Positions 9,287 through 19,671 of a stretch of 64,000 nucleotides of DNA are shown piece after piece. A program made the translations under genes and the position numbers. The notes beneath the pieces are model-generated. The model was not told the origin of the DNA and ran no database searches. It saw nothing but the letters and a program-made list of their open reading frames with translations. Source of the stretch: Spirochaetota bacterium (lineage in GTDB: Bacteria; Spirochaetota; UBA4802; UBA5550); contig JALOTL010000014.1 in NCBI GenBank assembly GCA_025457915.1, positions 5,156 through 69,155 on the forward strand, read 5' to 3'. The stretch's first letter is position 1, and each line of letters opens with the position of its first letter.

Positions 9287-9533
9287 ACCCTGTTTTTGAA
9301 TTTCATTTCTTTATGGATCCCTATCATGGATCAAACAGAGGTGGATTAAAAAGTTAAATTAAGCGGCCGGGGTATACTGGATGGAGCGTTCATGCCGCCC
9401 ATCCATCTCTTCACAAAGTTGTAATCCATGCCGGGACTGCCGCCGCTGACGCACTTTCCACCTCCCGGGGAACGAAACAGTCACTGGCCGGACGTTTTGG
9501 TGCGGCGATGCCGGGGATGACAATACGCCTCGC

Positions 9534-10727
9534 CTACTTCAGGATGAACTCAAGCGTCCTTACGGGCCTGCCGTCGACCAGTATCTCCGCCATCCATTTT
9601 CCCGGCCCGCCGCCGATATCACGGCCCTTCAACGAATAGGACGTATACCACCAGCTCTTCAATGTCTTCCAGTTCCCGATATGCGCCGGTCCATTTTTGC
9701 CCGGAGCGTACACGATGATTTTCATTGAATAGGCGCCGGGAATATCGATCGGGACATACACGTAGACCGCGTCGTCGAGTGAAAAAACGCCGCCAGCGTC
9801 GACCGGCTTGAGGTCTTTTATGCTCCCGCACAGGACGATGTCCCCTTCGGACACGGGCGCCGTTTTCTTCACCGCGAGGCCGTTGTCCGAGTAGACCCCG
9901 CCCTCCTCGGGAACCGTCCTTTCACCGTAATCCGTGACGAACACGAAGGGGATGGCGCGCTTCCTGAATCCGTCCGCGGGGCGGGTCACCTCGAAGTGAA
10001 GGTGCGGGACGTTGCTGTACCCGCTGTTGCCGGAAAGCCCGATAAGGTCGCCGGCCTTCACCCTCCGTCCGACGGCGACCCTCACGCCGTCCTTTACGAG
10101 GTGGTAATAATGCCCCACGCTCCCGTCATCATGCAGGATGATGACGTAATTGGCCCTGTTCCTGTATGACGGTTCAAACCTGCCCTCCTCCTGCCGGTGC
10201 TCCGTGAACAGAACGACCCCGTCCCGGGCCGCGTGTATCGGCGTTCCAACGGGCATGAGGAAGTCGACCGCGTAAGCGGTATCGCCAAAGTGGGTGATCT
10301 TTCCGTTGAACCCCTGTCCGACGCGGAATTTTTTCCCCTTCTCGAAAGGAAGGCGGCAGGCGATTTCCTTTCCCTTCCCGGCGCAAGGCTCCCCCGACTG
10401 CCAGTTAAAGTAAATATTGGCGTTCCAGCTTTTCGAGGGATCGACGACGGTAAACTCCGCGATCTCAACCGGTTCCGGGCCGCGCACGACCTTCGTCAGC
10501 GGGAACCGCTGCGGCGACTTCAGGTTCTCGAGCCGCGGTTTTACCGTGAAGGTGACCGTGGTCACCATGTTCTCCACCGGGAGCCTGTTCCGGAATGCGA
10601 CCCTGACCCGGCCGCCATCCTGCTCCATGATCATGCAGACCGCGTCTTCGGAGCAGTATTCCGCGGGACCGGCGTAAAGCGCGCATGCCGTCAGTACGAT
10701 GATCGCCGCTGCCGTTATTCTTTTCAT
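9534..10727 (-). CDS. Secreted M23-family (LytM-domain) metallopeptidase
   Basis: A signal peptide is present. The M23 motifs are ...YAVDFLMPVGTPIHAARDGVV... (HxxxD-like) and GNSGYSNVPHLHFEV (HxH). Confidence 0.8.
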   Translation of the reverse strand: MKRITAAAIIVLTACALYAGPAEYCSEDAVCMIMEQDGGRVRVAFRNRLPVENMVTTVTFTVKPRLENLKSPQRFPLTKVVRGPEPVEIAEFTVVDPSKSWNANIYFNWQSGEPCAGKGKEIACRLPFEKGKKFRVGQGFNGKITHFGDTAYAVDFLMPVGTPIHAARDGVVLFTEHRQEEGRFEPSYRNRANYVIILHDDGSVGHYYHLVKDGVRVAVGRRVKAGDLIGLSGNSGYSNVPHLHFEVTRPADGFRKRAIPFVFVTDYGERTVPEEGGVYSDNGLAVKKTAPVSEGDIVLCGSIKDLKPVDAGGVFSLDDAVYVYVPIDIPGAYSMKIIVYAPGKNGPAHIGNWKTLKSWWYTSYSLKGRDIGGGPGKWMAEILVDGRPVRTLEFILK

Positions 10728-10799
10728 GGACGCACTCCTTTCATCATTCCAGCCGTAAATAAAAACTTACTCCCGCCGTCCGGGAATACAGCGGACCCG

Positions 10800-12266
10800 T
10801 CAATAACTGCCGCCGGTCACAGAGTTGAGGGCCTTCCGCATGCCCGGATAGATGCGCAGGGCGTTTTTGTAGTAAATCTTCTCAAGCACGTCGGGCGGCA
10901 GGTTCAGGCCGCGGTAGACGTATATGTTCCCTCCCATGAGGAACGTAGAGCCTGTGACGTATTCATCCGTTTCGAGAATACGGAATGTGCGCTCGTACTG
11001 CGCGGCAAACGCATCGTAATTGTTTTTCGCGGTATACTTGCTCATCAGGTCGCTGCCGAAGAGGATGCGGTCGGAGTACTTGATCATGAAGGAGCGCAGC
11101 CTGTCGGAGTCGCCCAGACAGTACTCGGTCAGACCGTAGCAGATATCCAGATTCAGGTTCGGATACGCCTTGAGCATGCGCTCGAGGCGCGTCAAGCGGA
11201 CTTCGTCGATCATCAGGCAGCCCATATGCGCCATCACTGCCACGAGCTTCGGGTGTTTGATTAAAACGCGCTCCCAGCGGTCCATGGCCTCGGTCCAGCG
11301 GGCCTCGGTAAACTCCTTGTTGAAAAATGGCTGGGCGACATGGACCGAAGCCCCCGGCAGCCCGACTTCGGCCATGCGGGCGTAAGTCGGGTCATTGACG
11401 GGATCGTCTATTCCCTTCTGGAACCCCCACCATATCTTGTAGCCGACGACATCGCCGCGCTTCGTCCACATCGTGATTTCTTCCGGCTTGAAGATGAGGA
11501 CATCGCGATATCCGGTCTGGATCACGTACTGGATGCGCTCGCCGTACCGCTTCCTGCTTTCCGCTGGACAAGACTCGTTCCAGCCAGTGTAGAAATTGCT
11601 GTCCAGGTCGACCCAGATGTCTATCCGGGTATCGTATTTTTTTTCCAGGACGCCGCCTATGGCGATGAAGTCGGCGTTCTTTTCCATGTTCATGATATGG
11701 GTGTGGACGTCGATGATGGGCACGCGCGACAGCCCGGGACGTTTGCGCGGTTGCTGGAACGCCTCGGTGACTATGGGTCGGAAGACAAATGTCTGGACAA
11801 GGTTCGGATCGATATCGCGCAGCAGGCCGCGCCAGCTGTCAACGCAGGTGATGACCTTACCGCTCGCGGAGTTGACGATCCGCACGCCTCCCCCCGGCGC
11901 CGCAATGAACCGCCAGCGCTGGGATTTCTTTGCCGTCCCCGGGGTGACAATCACCATGCCGTCCTTGCCTTCGCCCAGGCAGTAGCCCGAGATCTCGGCC
12001 ACGATGTTGAAATCACTGAAAACCGGCGTCGACTGCAGGTAGAACCGCTGGCCGATCCTTCCGTGAAATTTATAAAGCTGCAGGTCCCTGCCAACCGCAT
12101 TGGTCGTGATGTCGAGTACACGGTCGCCCGGGGTGATGGCGAGAGAGAACCGCTGGCCGGGCTGAGGCAGCGCCGCAGCGTTTTCATCCGCGGACAGGAA
12201 ACCGCCGGGGTACGGGGCCGACAGTGAAAAGAAAAGAAGCATTAAAACAGGGGTCAATAATCTCAT
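10800..12266 (-). CDS. Secreted metal-dependent amidohydrolase-fold hydrolase with N-terminal ricin-B-like (QxW) lectin domain
   Basis: A signal peptide is present. Beta-trefoil motifs QLYKF...QRWRF occur in the N-terminal part. The amidohydrolase core has ...IIDVHTHI... (HxH metal ligands). Confidence 0.6.
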   Translation of the reverse strand: MRLLTPVLMLLFFSLSAPYPGGFLSADENAAALPQPGQRFSLAITPGDRVLDITTNAVGRDLQLYKFHGRIGQRFYLQSTPVFSDFNIVAEISGYCLGEGKDGMVIVTPGTAKKSQRWRFIAAPGGGVRIVNSASGKVITCVDSWRGLLRDIDPNLVQTFVFRPIVTEAFQQPRKRPGLSRVPIIDVHTHIMNMEKNADFIAIGGVLEKKYDTRIDIWVDLDSNFYTGWNESCPAESRKRYGERIQYVIQTGYRDVLIFKPEEITMWTKRGDVVGYKIWWGFQKGIDDPVNDPTYARMAEVGLPGASVHVAQPFFNKEFTEARWTEAMDRWERVLIKHPKLVAVMAHMGCLMIDEVRLTRLERMLKAYPNLNLDICYGLTEYCLGDSDRLRSFMIKYSDRILFGSDLMSKYTAKNNYDAFAAQYERTFRILETDEYVTGSTFLMGGNIYVYRGLNLPPDVLEKIYYKNALRIYPGMRKALNSVTGGSY

Positions 12267-12499
12267 GTGGATCTCCTTGTTATCCAGCCACTATTATGCA
12301 GCATGCAACGGAAAGAATGCTGACTGAAAACAATTTACCGGAACGGTACGGGACCGTGTCAATAGTAAAATGAAGGGGGGCCGATTGAAGATTGCCGTCA
12401 ATCTTCACCGTGACGCATGCGATCGCGCCGATCGTCGAAATCCGCGGGCCCGCCAGGCATATACCTCCCGGGGCCCGTAACCCGTGCGTGTTTTTCTTT

Positions 12500-13264
12500 T
12501 CACGATTCCCGTTTCCCCTGGCCCCGGGCAATGAGCTCCGCGAGGATGACCCCGCGCGACCGCTCTTTCAACCTGTCGAGCTGGTCCTCGCCGTAGCCGG
12601 CGGTCTCAATTGCGGGATGTATCGTCATGATCGCGGTGCCGGGGAACACGTTCCAGCCCCCGGGCGGGAGAATGCGCCGGGTGCCGGTGATAGTGACGGG
12701 AAGCACCGGCAGGTTGAGCTCCCGGGCGATTACGAACGCCCCGTTTTTGAACTCACCGAGCTCGCCGGTCAGTGTCCGGGTCCCCTCGGGGAGAATGATG
12801 ATCGACGTGCCATCTACGATTTTGGAGCGGGCGGCATTGAGCGTGATTCTGAGCGCCTCCGGGCTCGAACGGTCGATGTAGATATTGCCGCCTATCTCGC
12901 CCGCATAACCGAACACGGGGACCTTCCGCAACTCCGACTTTATCACCCACTTGATGTTGATGCCGAGCCAGCCGTAGAGCACCAGGATATCATAATGGCT
13001 CTGGTGGTTGGCAATGACCACGTAAGAGCGGCCCTTCACGATGTTCTCCCTTCCGGTTACCTTCACCCGGATCGGCGTAATGCAGGCTATGAACCGCGAC
13101 CACCAGACCCCGGTCGTACGGTGCGCTACCCGGTCATTGAACAGGAACACAACGACGACGCCCATGGCCACGAAAAAGCAGGTCGCGAGCAGGCTCAGGG
13201 GAATGAACACCAGGAGCTTGTACGGCTGATAGAGGAGCCGGATAAGTTTTCGCGTGAAACCCAT
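12500..13264 (-). CDS. plsC: 1-acyl-sn-glycerol-3-phosphate acyltransferase (PlsC family)
   Basis: An N-terminal TM segment is followed by the HX4D motif (NHQSHYDILVL) and the EGTR box (ILPEGTRT). Confidence 0.8.
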   Translation of the reverse strand: MGFTRKLIRLLYQPYKLLVFIPLSLLATCFFVAMGVVVVFLFNDRVAHRTTGVWWSRFIACITPIRVKVTGRENIVKGRSYVVIANHQSHYDILVLYGWLGINIKWVIKSELRKVPVFGYAGEIGGNIYIDRSSPEALRITLNAARSKIVDGTSIIILPEGTRTLTGELGEFKNGAFVIARELNLPVLPVTITGTRRILPPGGWNVFPGTAIMTIHPAIETAGYGEDQLDRLKERSRGVILAELIARGQGKRES

Positions 13265-13324
13265 ACCAACAATCCTTAATCATAAAAAATAGACGCTACA
13301 GGCAGAACGCCGGGCCGGCGGCCG

Positions 13325-13870
13325 CTATTCAGCCGGGAAATATGACGTCCATACAATGGCGTCGAGAACGGCGGTCTGCAAACAGAACGCCGCGCATCCG
13401 ATTACCGCGAGCCGGTGGGCCCAGACGAGCGCGGCCGGCTGAACCGTGATGAGCGCCCCCAGGAGCAGCAGCGACGCAATGCCGGCAATTCCCAACACGA
13501 CGCGGATGCCTGTCCAGGCAATATGCGACGGGTTTGCAATCATATAAAACGTAAGCGGCATCCATAGCGCCGAGGGCACGAGGACCAGGGCATAGAGCCA
13601 TGGAAACAGTCCGTATGAAAAATGACCGGCGATCACGGCCTCGTCGGGGTCCATGCAAAACAGGATAAAATACGTAAAGGCAAGGTATCCCGCCGCCGCG
13701 GTGAACATCGATACGGTGTATACCGGCATAATGGCGCGGGGGACCCCGCCCCAGAGGGCACCGCGCGTTTCAGGGTGATTAATGATGCCGATAGCGTAGC
13801 TGACGAGCACGGCTATGCCGCCTATCAGATTTATCAGCAAAAGGAAGAGCTTATGCGCATGCATGTTCAT
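13325..13870 (-). CDS. Hypothetical integral membrane protein
   Basis: The 181-aa ORF has 5-6 predicted hydrophobic helices. No family was recognised. Confidence 0.5.
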   Translation of the reverse strand: MNMHAHKLFLLLINLIGGIAVLVSYAIGIINHPETRGALWGGVPRAIMPVYTVSMFTAAAGYLAFTYFILFCMDPDEAVIAGHFSYGLFPWLYALVLVPSALWMPLTFYMIANPSHIAWTGIRVVLGIAGIASLLLLGALITVQPAALVWAHRLAVIGCAAFCLQTAVLDAIVWTSYFPAE

Positions 13871-14326
13871 GGTATTTCCCCTGGCCCGGCGCTAAACAAT
13901 CTAAAATTAAAATATTCCTCATGTAAATTAATATACAACAATATTGGCCCGGCGAGTATATATCAAAAAAAAATATTAGCTGTTAAATGGTACCCGAGAC
14001 CGCGGCAGGATAGACGTTTACATCCATAAATTGCTTGATGGGTGTATCGTCCTTGTGAAGATGATTGTCATTAAAACTTCATAACATCAGCAAGGCAGAT
14101 TTGCTTTACTCATCTTTTCCCCCTCTCGGGGCATATATCGCCCCAGTCAGGGGCCGGGTTCATTAAGGGGGGATTTATAACTAAATCCCCCCTTCCACCC
14201 CCCTTAGTTCCGCTCTGCCGCGGCGGCTTGATTTCATCTACCAAATATTATCCGATCGGGGCCTGCGGAACTCAAACAAAGTTGTGAAGACTCGGACAGT
14301 CCTCGGCCAACTTTTATGGACGGCTT

Positions 14327-17300
14327 CGGTTCATCCCCACATGCGTGGGGAATACTTAATCTGGCGAATGGTCTTTATGAATTTATCCGGTTCATCCCCA
14401 CATGCGTGGGGAATACTAGTAATGTAGAAATTTCTGGTTCACCCTTTACGGTTCATCCCCACATGCGTGGGGAATACACGAGATCGCCCTTTTTGATTCG
14501 ATTCCGGCCCGGTTCATCCCCACATGCGTGGGGAATACCGGAATAGCCGCGACAAGCGCGTCGACATAGTCGGTTCATCCCCACATGCGTGGGGAATACG
14601 GCACGCCAATAACAGATGGAATTAACGGAAGCGGTTCATCCCCACATGCGTGGGGAATACGGTCGGTTGATCCGAATTCTGCCGCATTCTGACGGTTCAT
14701 CCCCACATGCGTGGGGAATACCAATAGAAGATATATCATCTATCGTCCATGAACGGTTCATCCCCACATGCGTGGGGAATACGGTCGAACGATAAACGGA
14801 TGCAGAAGATCATCCGGTTCATCCCCACATGCGTGGGGAATACTCCGATGAAGATATCGCAAATTGTATTTATGGCGGTTCATCCCCACATGCGTGGGGA
14901 ATACCGTTATCGCAAGCGCGGCATCGGCAGTTAAGACGGTTCATCCCCACATGCGTGGGGAATACAGTAGACCATTTCCAGTCTTTATAATTAGACCCGG
15001 TTCATCCCCACATGCGTGGGGAATACTTTTATTTCCTCACTTACTATGGCGCAATACCCGGTTCATCCCCACATGCGTGGGGAATACTTTAACAATGGAC
15101 GCAAATAAAATTCTTGATACGGTTCATCCCCACATGCGTGGGGAATACTAGCTTTCCACTCATCCAGCATCCTCGAGTAACGGTTCATCCCCACATGCGT
15201 GGGGAATACATCGGATGCCTCGACCGGCGACGCGGCGGCGGTTCATCCCCACATGCGTGGGGAATACGTTTTCCTGTGTTTTAAACGGATCGTCTGATCC
15301 GGTTCATCCCCACATGCGTGGGGAATACGAAAAACACCGGGGGCGCGTGGACCTGTTCCGCGGTTCATCCCCACATGCGTGGGGAATACAAAAACAGAAA
15401 TGACAGTCCCGGTTGACCCATCGGTTCATCCCCACATGCGTGGGGAATACTTAGCCTTGTCCATAAGCGACGGAGCCGGGGCCGGTTCATCCCCACATGC
15501 GTGGGGAATACTCCATAAAAAATCCTTTTAAAATAATTTAGTCCGGTTCATCCCCACATGCGTGGGGAATACTCGGACCAAACTGAGGGTCCCCAAATTT
15601 TGTGCGGTTCATCCCCACATGCGTGGGGAATACTCCATAAAAAATCCTTTTAAAATAATTTAGTCCGGTTCATCCCCACATGCGTGGGGAATACTAAAAA
15701 ATTGTCGTTTTTCATTTTTTGGCCTCCGGTTCATCCCCACATGCGTGGGGAATACATGAGAAAACACGGTTGTTTAAAATAACATGACGGTTCATCCCCA
15801 CATGCGTGGGGAATACCTGATATGCTCTGACATTATGTTTATATTCTCCGGTTCATCCCCACATGCGTGGGGAATACTTAATCTGGCGAATGGTCTTTAT
15901 GAATTTATCCGGTTCATCCCCACATGCGTGGGGAATACGCTGCTGCCTGTGTATATACAGTCATGTATCCCGGTTCATCCCCACATGCGTGGGGAATACG
16001 AACAATGAAAGAGACTGTAAACTGGAAGGATGCGGTTCATCCCCACATGCGTGGGGAATACGTTGCGGTAATAATAATCATGATAATCAGTTTCGGTTCA
16101 TCCCCACATGCGTGGGGAATACAAACCCCTTCATTCCGGCTTTTTTTACTATCGCGGTTCATCCCCACATGCGTGGGGAATACGTCCTATGGCCGGGGCA
16201 AGACGAAAAATTGAACGGTTCATCCCCACATGCGTGGGGAATACTATAAAAACCTACTGTCCACAATCCCGGCTCACGGTTCATCCCCACATGCGTGGGG
16301 AATACTGCGCCCTCATTCATCGGTTCGCCCTGGTCATCGGTTCATCCCCACATGCGTGGGGAATACCTGGGGAGCCTGCAGAGCGTGGGCGGGTCCCTCG
16401 GTTCATCCCCACATGCGTGGGGAATACAAGCGGTGTCAGCATAACAACGGCGGCGAACACGGTTCATCCCCACATGCGTGGGGAATACTTAATACACCTG
16501 CCTAAAATAGCAGAGTCCACCGGTTCATCCCCACATGCGTGGGGAATACCAACTCTCTCTCTGTTTTGGCATCCTGTATTGCGGTTCATCCCCACATGCG
16601 TGGGGAATACACCATCAGCAGTTGATTTTTTGAGACCATTACCGGTTCATCCCCACATGCGTGGGGAATACTCCCAACATGGTCCGGAGGAGGCGGATTA
16701 TTCCGGTTCATCCCCACATGCGTGGGGAATACTTGCCCGATCCAGTCGTCATGTTGGTTATTGCCGGTTCATCCCCACATGCGTGGGGAATACTTTTTTA
16801 CCTATCACCTGCCCCATTACTCTACCGGTTCATCCCCACATGCGTGGGGAATACAGCGTTACATTTTTTGTCGGGTTCGTTACATTCGGTTCATCCCCAC
16901 ATGCGTGGGGAATACTACTACATGATGGGGAATGCATCAGGGGATTGCGGTTCATCCCCACATGCGTGGGGAATACAGATGAACGAAAAAGAATTGAATC
17001 AGGACAAACGGTTCATCCCCACATGCGTGGGGAATACCCGGGAGCCTTTTCGATGACCGAGACATCCGGCGGTTCATCCCCACATGCGTGGGGAATACGG
17101 GCAATGCCCTGACTAATCTTGAAATCATAGCGGTTCATCCCCACATGCGTGGGGAATACAACATCCTGATTTGATCAAATAGACACTTTTTCGGTTCATC
17201 CCCACATGCGTGGGGAATACTATCACGTTTGACGTCACGGTGATAGTATCGCCGGTTCATCCCCACATGCGTGGGGAATACGAATTTGAACTGACTGGAG

Positions 17301-17830
17301 AAAAAGATTATAACGGTTCATCCCCACATGCGTGGGGAATACTCAGCCTTCCGGATGCGTCATATTCGCCCCCCCGGTTCATCCCCACATGCGTGGGGAA
17401 TACGTTCCCACCGCTATATCGGCAAACAAGCGCGACGGTTCATCCCCACATGCGTGGGGAATACTTCAATTGCAAACCGAGTTCATCGATTCGACGCGGT
17501 TCATCCCCACATGCGTGGGGAATACTGCATCAGCGTCGTTTGAAGTATTCGCGCTTTCGGTTCATCCCCACATGCGTGGGGAATACTCTCAAAGCGTCTA
17601 CATAGTGATTATGTTTATCGGTTCATCCCCACATGCGTGGGGAATACTGCCTTGCCTGCCTCGCCTTGCCTAGCCCCGCCGGTTCATCCCCACATGCGTG
17701 GGGAATACTTAAGTTTCGATTGGTTCGCCGTCCCGCTTTTAGGTTCATCCCCACATGCGTGGGGAATACTTAACCCACGTTTTCAACATCTCGGGGTCAT
17801 CCGGTTCATCCCCACATGCGTGGGGAATAC
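14327..17830 (-). CRISPR. Type I-E CRISPR array of 58 repeats (29 bp) and 57 spacers (mostly 32 bp, 61-bp period), transcribed on the minus strand
   Basis: On the plus strand the repeat reads CGGTTCATCCCCACATGCGTGGGGAATAC. Its reverse complement GTATTCCCCACGCATGTGGGGATGAACCG aligns 21/29 with the E. coli I-E repeat, including the 3' ...GGGGATGAACCG handle, and the plus orientation matches only about 11/29. It contains a 6-7-bp stem (CCCCAC/GTGGGG) with a 4-nt loop. All ORFs called inside this interval (HPHMRGEY, SSPHAWGI, FIPTCVGNT repeats) are artefacts of repeat translation. Confidence 0.97.
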
Positions 17831-17871
17831 TCTAAAACGATGTATAGTAGTTTTCAAGGAACTATGCTGAA

Positions 17872-18174
17872 TTATTCAGCCACATCATTACTCTTTTTCT
17901 TTTTTACCGGTTTACTCAGTAACGAAATTCCGTCAAAATCTATAACGTTTCTATCGGGATCACCATTCACCCTTATACCATACGACTGTTCAGTATTAGT
18001 TGTGAATATCATAATCGCATTCAAGTTCCACTCGGATACGATACGCTCCCACAGCTTATCCTTCACCCGTGCCCCGACATCGGCGACGAAAACGCCGCTT
18101 TTAACCTCAATAGCTAACCGCGACATCTCGCCCCTCTGCGAAGGGGTCGATTTCTCCAACATAATCACTACCAT
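17872..18174 (-). CDS. cas2: Cas2 (type I-E)
   Basis: MVVIMLEKSTPSQRGEMSRLAIEVKSGVFVADVGARVKDKLWERI... aligns with E. coli Cas2 ([47 protein letters not shown]...). Confidence 0.9.
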   Translation of the reverse strand: MVVIMLEKSTPSQRGEMSRLAIEVKSGVFVADVGARVKDKLWERIVSEWNLNAIMIFTTNTEQSYGIRVNGDPDRNVIDFDGISLLSKPVKKKKSNDVAE

Positions 18175-18991
18175 AAATCAAATCCTTCAAATCCGGTATG
18201 ATTCTCTTCATTATCCTTACCTGACGGAATCTATCCCGCAGCGAATATCTTACCCTGCGTTCTACGTCTTCTGCTGATTCTTTGACAATTTCGAAGGCGA
18301 CAGGAATTGTTATATCAGTTTTATACAGGTCGGCTATATCATAAACTAAAGAAAGTTGTTTGCCGGTGTGAACGAACCCGATCGCCGTTGAGAACCCGCA
18401 AGCCAGAATCGCGGCTTGAACCACGCCATATAAACACGCATTAGCTGAAGACAAAGCTCGGTTCAGCGGATCTCCATAATTCCAGTTCTCCTGATCATAA
18501 CTCCGTCCTTTCCAGTCCACACCATGTTCTTCCGATAAATCCTTATACGCCTTGCGCATACGGGCGCCTTCCATCCCTCGTATCTGTTCTATGGAGGCTT
18601 CCTTCTTTATTATTTCATTGAATCTTTTTTGATACATGGCCCTGATGACATTATCGCGCGACACAGGATCGCTGTAAATCTCAACCTGTTTCAATAAATT
18701 CCTCGATGAATATGTCCCAGAATAACCTGATGAATAAAAGCGCACTCCCATCTCGCCCGTCCATGCCACAAGACACCGGCTGTCAGAAATGCGTTTGATG
18801 GCCTCGTGAGTTATCGATGTGCCGGGACCGAGCATAAGCAGACAAAGGGTCTCGATCGGCACCGGTATTACCTTGTCGAGATAATGAAAACCGATAGATT
18901 TTTGATGCTGGTCTATAATGCCTTTCTCAAAATAGAGATAGGACCAGGTATCTTCGAACTTCGGAATTTCCTGAAGGTCGCGGTTGGTCAT
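18107..18991 (-). CDS. cas1: Cas1 (type I-E integrase)
   Basis: The 294-aa product shares ...PVPIETLCLLMLGPGTSITHEAIKRIS...GMEGARMRKAYK...LYGVVQAAILACGFSTAIGFVHTGKQLSLVYDIADLYK... with E. coli Cas1e. It overlaps the cas2 start by 68 nt. Confidence 0.92.
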   Translation of the reverse strand: MTNRDLQEIPKFEDTWSYLYFEKGIIDQHQKSIGFHYLDKVIPVPIETLCLLMLGPGTSITHEAIKRISDSRCLVAWTGEMGVRFYSSGYSGTYSSRNLLKQVEIYSDPVSRDNVIRAMYQKRFNEIIKKEASIEQIRGMEGARMRKAYKDLSEEHGVDWKGRSYDQENWNYGDPLNRALSSANACLYGVVQAAILACGFSTAIGFVHTGKQLSLVYDIADLYKTDITIPVAFEIVKESAEDVERRVRYSLRDRFRQVRIMKRIIPDLKDLIYGSDYVGEIDPFAEGRDVAVSY

Positions 18992-18993
18992 GG

Positions 18994-19671
18994 TTAACCT
19001 TTCTCCGCCTCAATTTTGTTTATTCTATGCGGAACAAATTGTCTTTTTCTGCTATCGAAGCTTATTGCATTGTCCAGCAAAGAATCTATTCCTTGTTTGA
19101 AATCATCGACATCCATTTGCCGTGTGAAACTTGAAATAGATTTTTCTCCAACGAGGGATTTAACTGCATCGGCTTCTGTTTCAAATAATCCCGCACATAC
19201 TGGTGCCGTTGGTATACAGCTTTTTCTGCCGAGCCAGATACCCCATGCAGGGTCCTTTAATGCTTGTGCGGCATTATCAAGTAAGTGTTTATCACCGGAT
19301 AATATCACACCGAATGCGGCATCATTCAGATATTGGCGGTAAGTGATCACGGCATTGGGATTGGAAGCACCGCTGGCTTTGATCGTTCCTTCAACGGTGT
19401 GATAATCAATCAACCTTCGTACTTCAAATACCCGTTTACCTTCAATGCGGGGTATTGAAATCGCAAGCATCTTAAGGGAAAGGAATTTTTCAAGAAAAGC
19501 TTTTTCATCATCCGATCCCCGCGAATAGCCGAGAGCTGCACAACACATGCCAGCAACAGCACTCTTGGTAGGCATGAGACCGGTGTTGCGCCGGTTAAAC
19601 TGGCTGTCGTATCCCCATGACTGCATGGGGCCTTCCAATCGCAAGGCAAGGTATCCGGTCTTATTTGACAT
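18994..19671 (-). CDS. cas5: Cas5e (CasD), Cascade subunit
   Basis: MSNKTGYLALRLEGPMQSWGYDSQF...LIDYHTV...QYLNDAAFGV...WLGRKSC matches the E. coli CasD N-terminus (YLILRLAGPMQAWGQPTFE...LRDYHTV...LGRRSC). Confidence 0.9.
   Translation of the reverse strand: MSNKTGYLALRLEGPMQSWGYDSQFNRRNTGLMPTKSAVAGMCCAALGYSRGSDDEKAFLEKFLSLKMLAISIPRIEGKRVFEVRRLIDYHTVEGTIKASGASNPNAVITYRQYLNDAAFGVILSGDKHLLDNAAQALKDPAWGIWLGRKSCIPTAPVCAGLFETEADAVKSLVGEKSISSFTRQMDVDDFKQGIDSLLDNAISFDSRKRQFVPHRINKIEAEKG

Noticed and set aside
9290-9534. Inverted repeat TGGATGG…CCATCCA (about 9357-9395) between convergent genes as a terminator
   Set aside because: The loop is too long at about 14 nt and there is no T-tract. The evidence is too weak to call.
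14040-14326. Leader placed at the 14.0-14.3 kb end with the array transcribed on the plus strand
   Set aside because: Initially considered because plus is the given strand, the flank contains a hairpin, and the only variant repeat sits near the other end. The repeat's reverse complement matches the I-E consensus (…GGGGATGAACCG) far better than the forward reading. The array is therefore co-oriented with the cas genes on the minus strand.
14316-17870. Dozens of plus-strand ORFs of 60-334 aa with recurring HPHMRGEY / SSPHAWGI / FIPTCVGNT peptides
   Set aside because: They are translations of the 29-bp CRISPR repeat in three frames, joined across 32-bp spacers. They are artefacts of the array.
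17831-17871. The possibility that no leader exists and the array is an orphan remnant
   Set aside because: Cas1 and Cas2 are intact and the repeats are nearly invariant, so the array looks maintained. A short or overlapping leader is more likely, and this is flagged as a finding.
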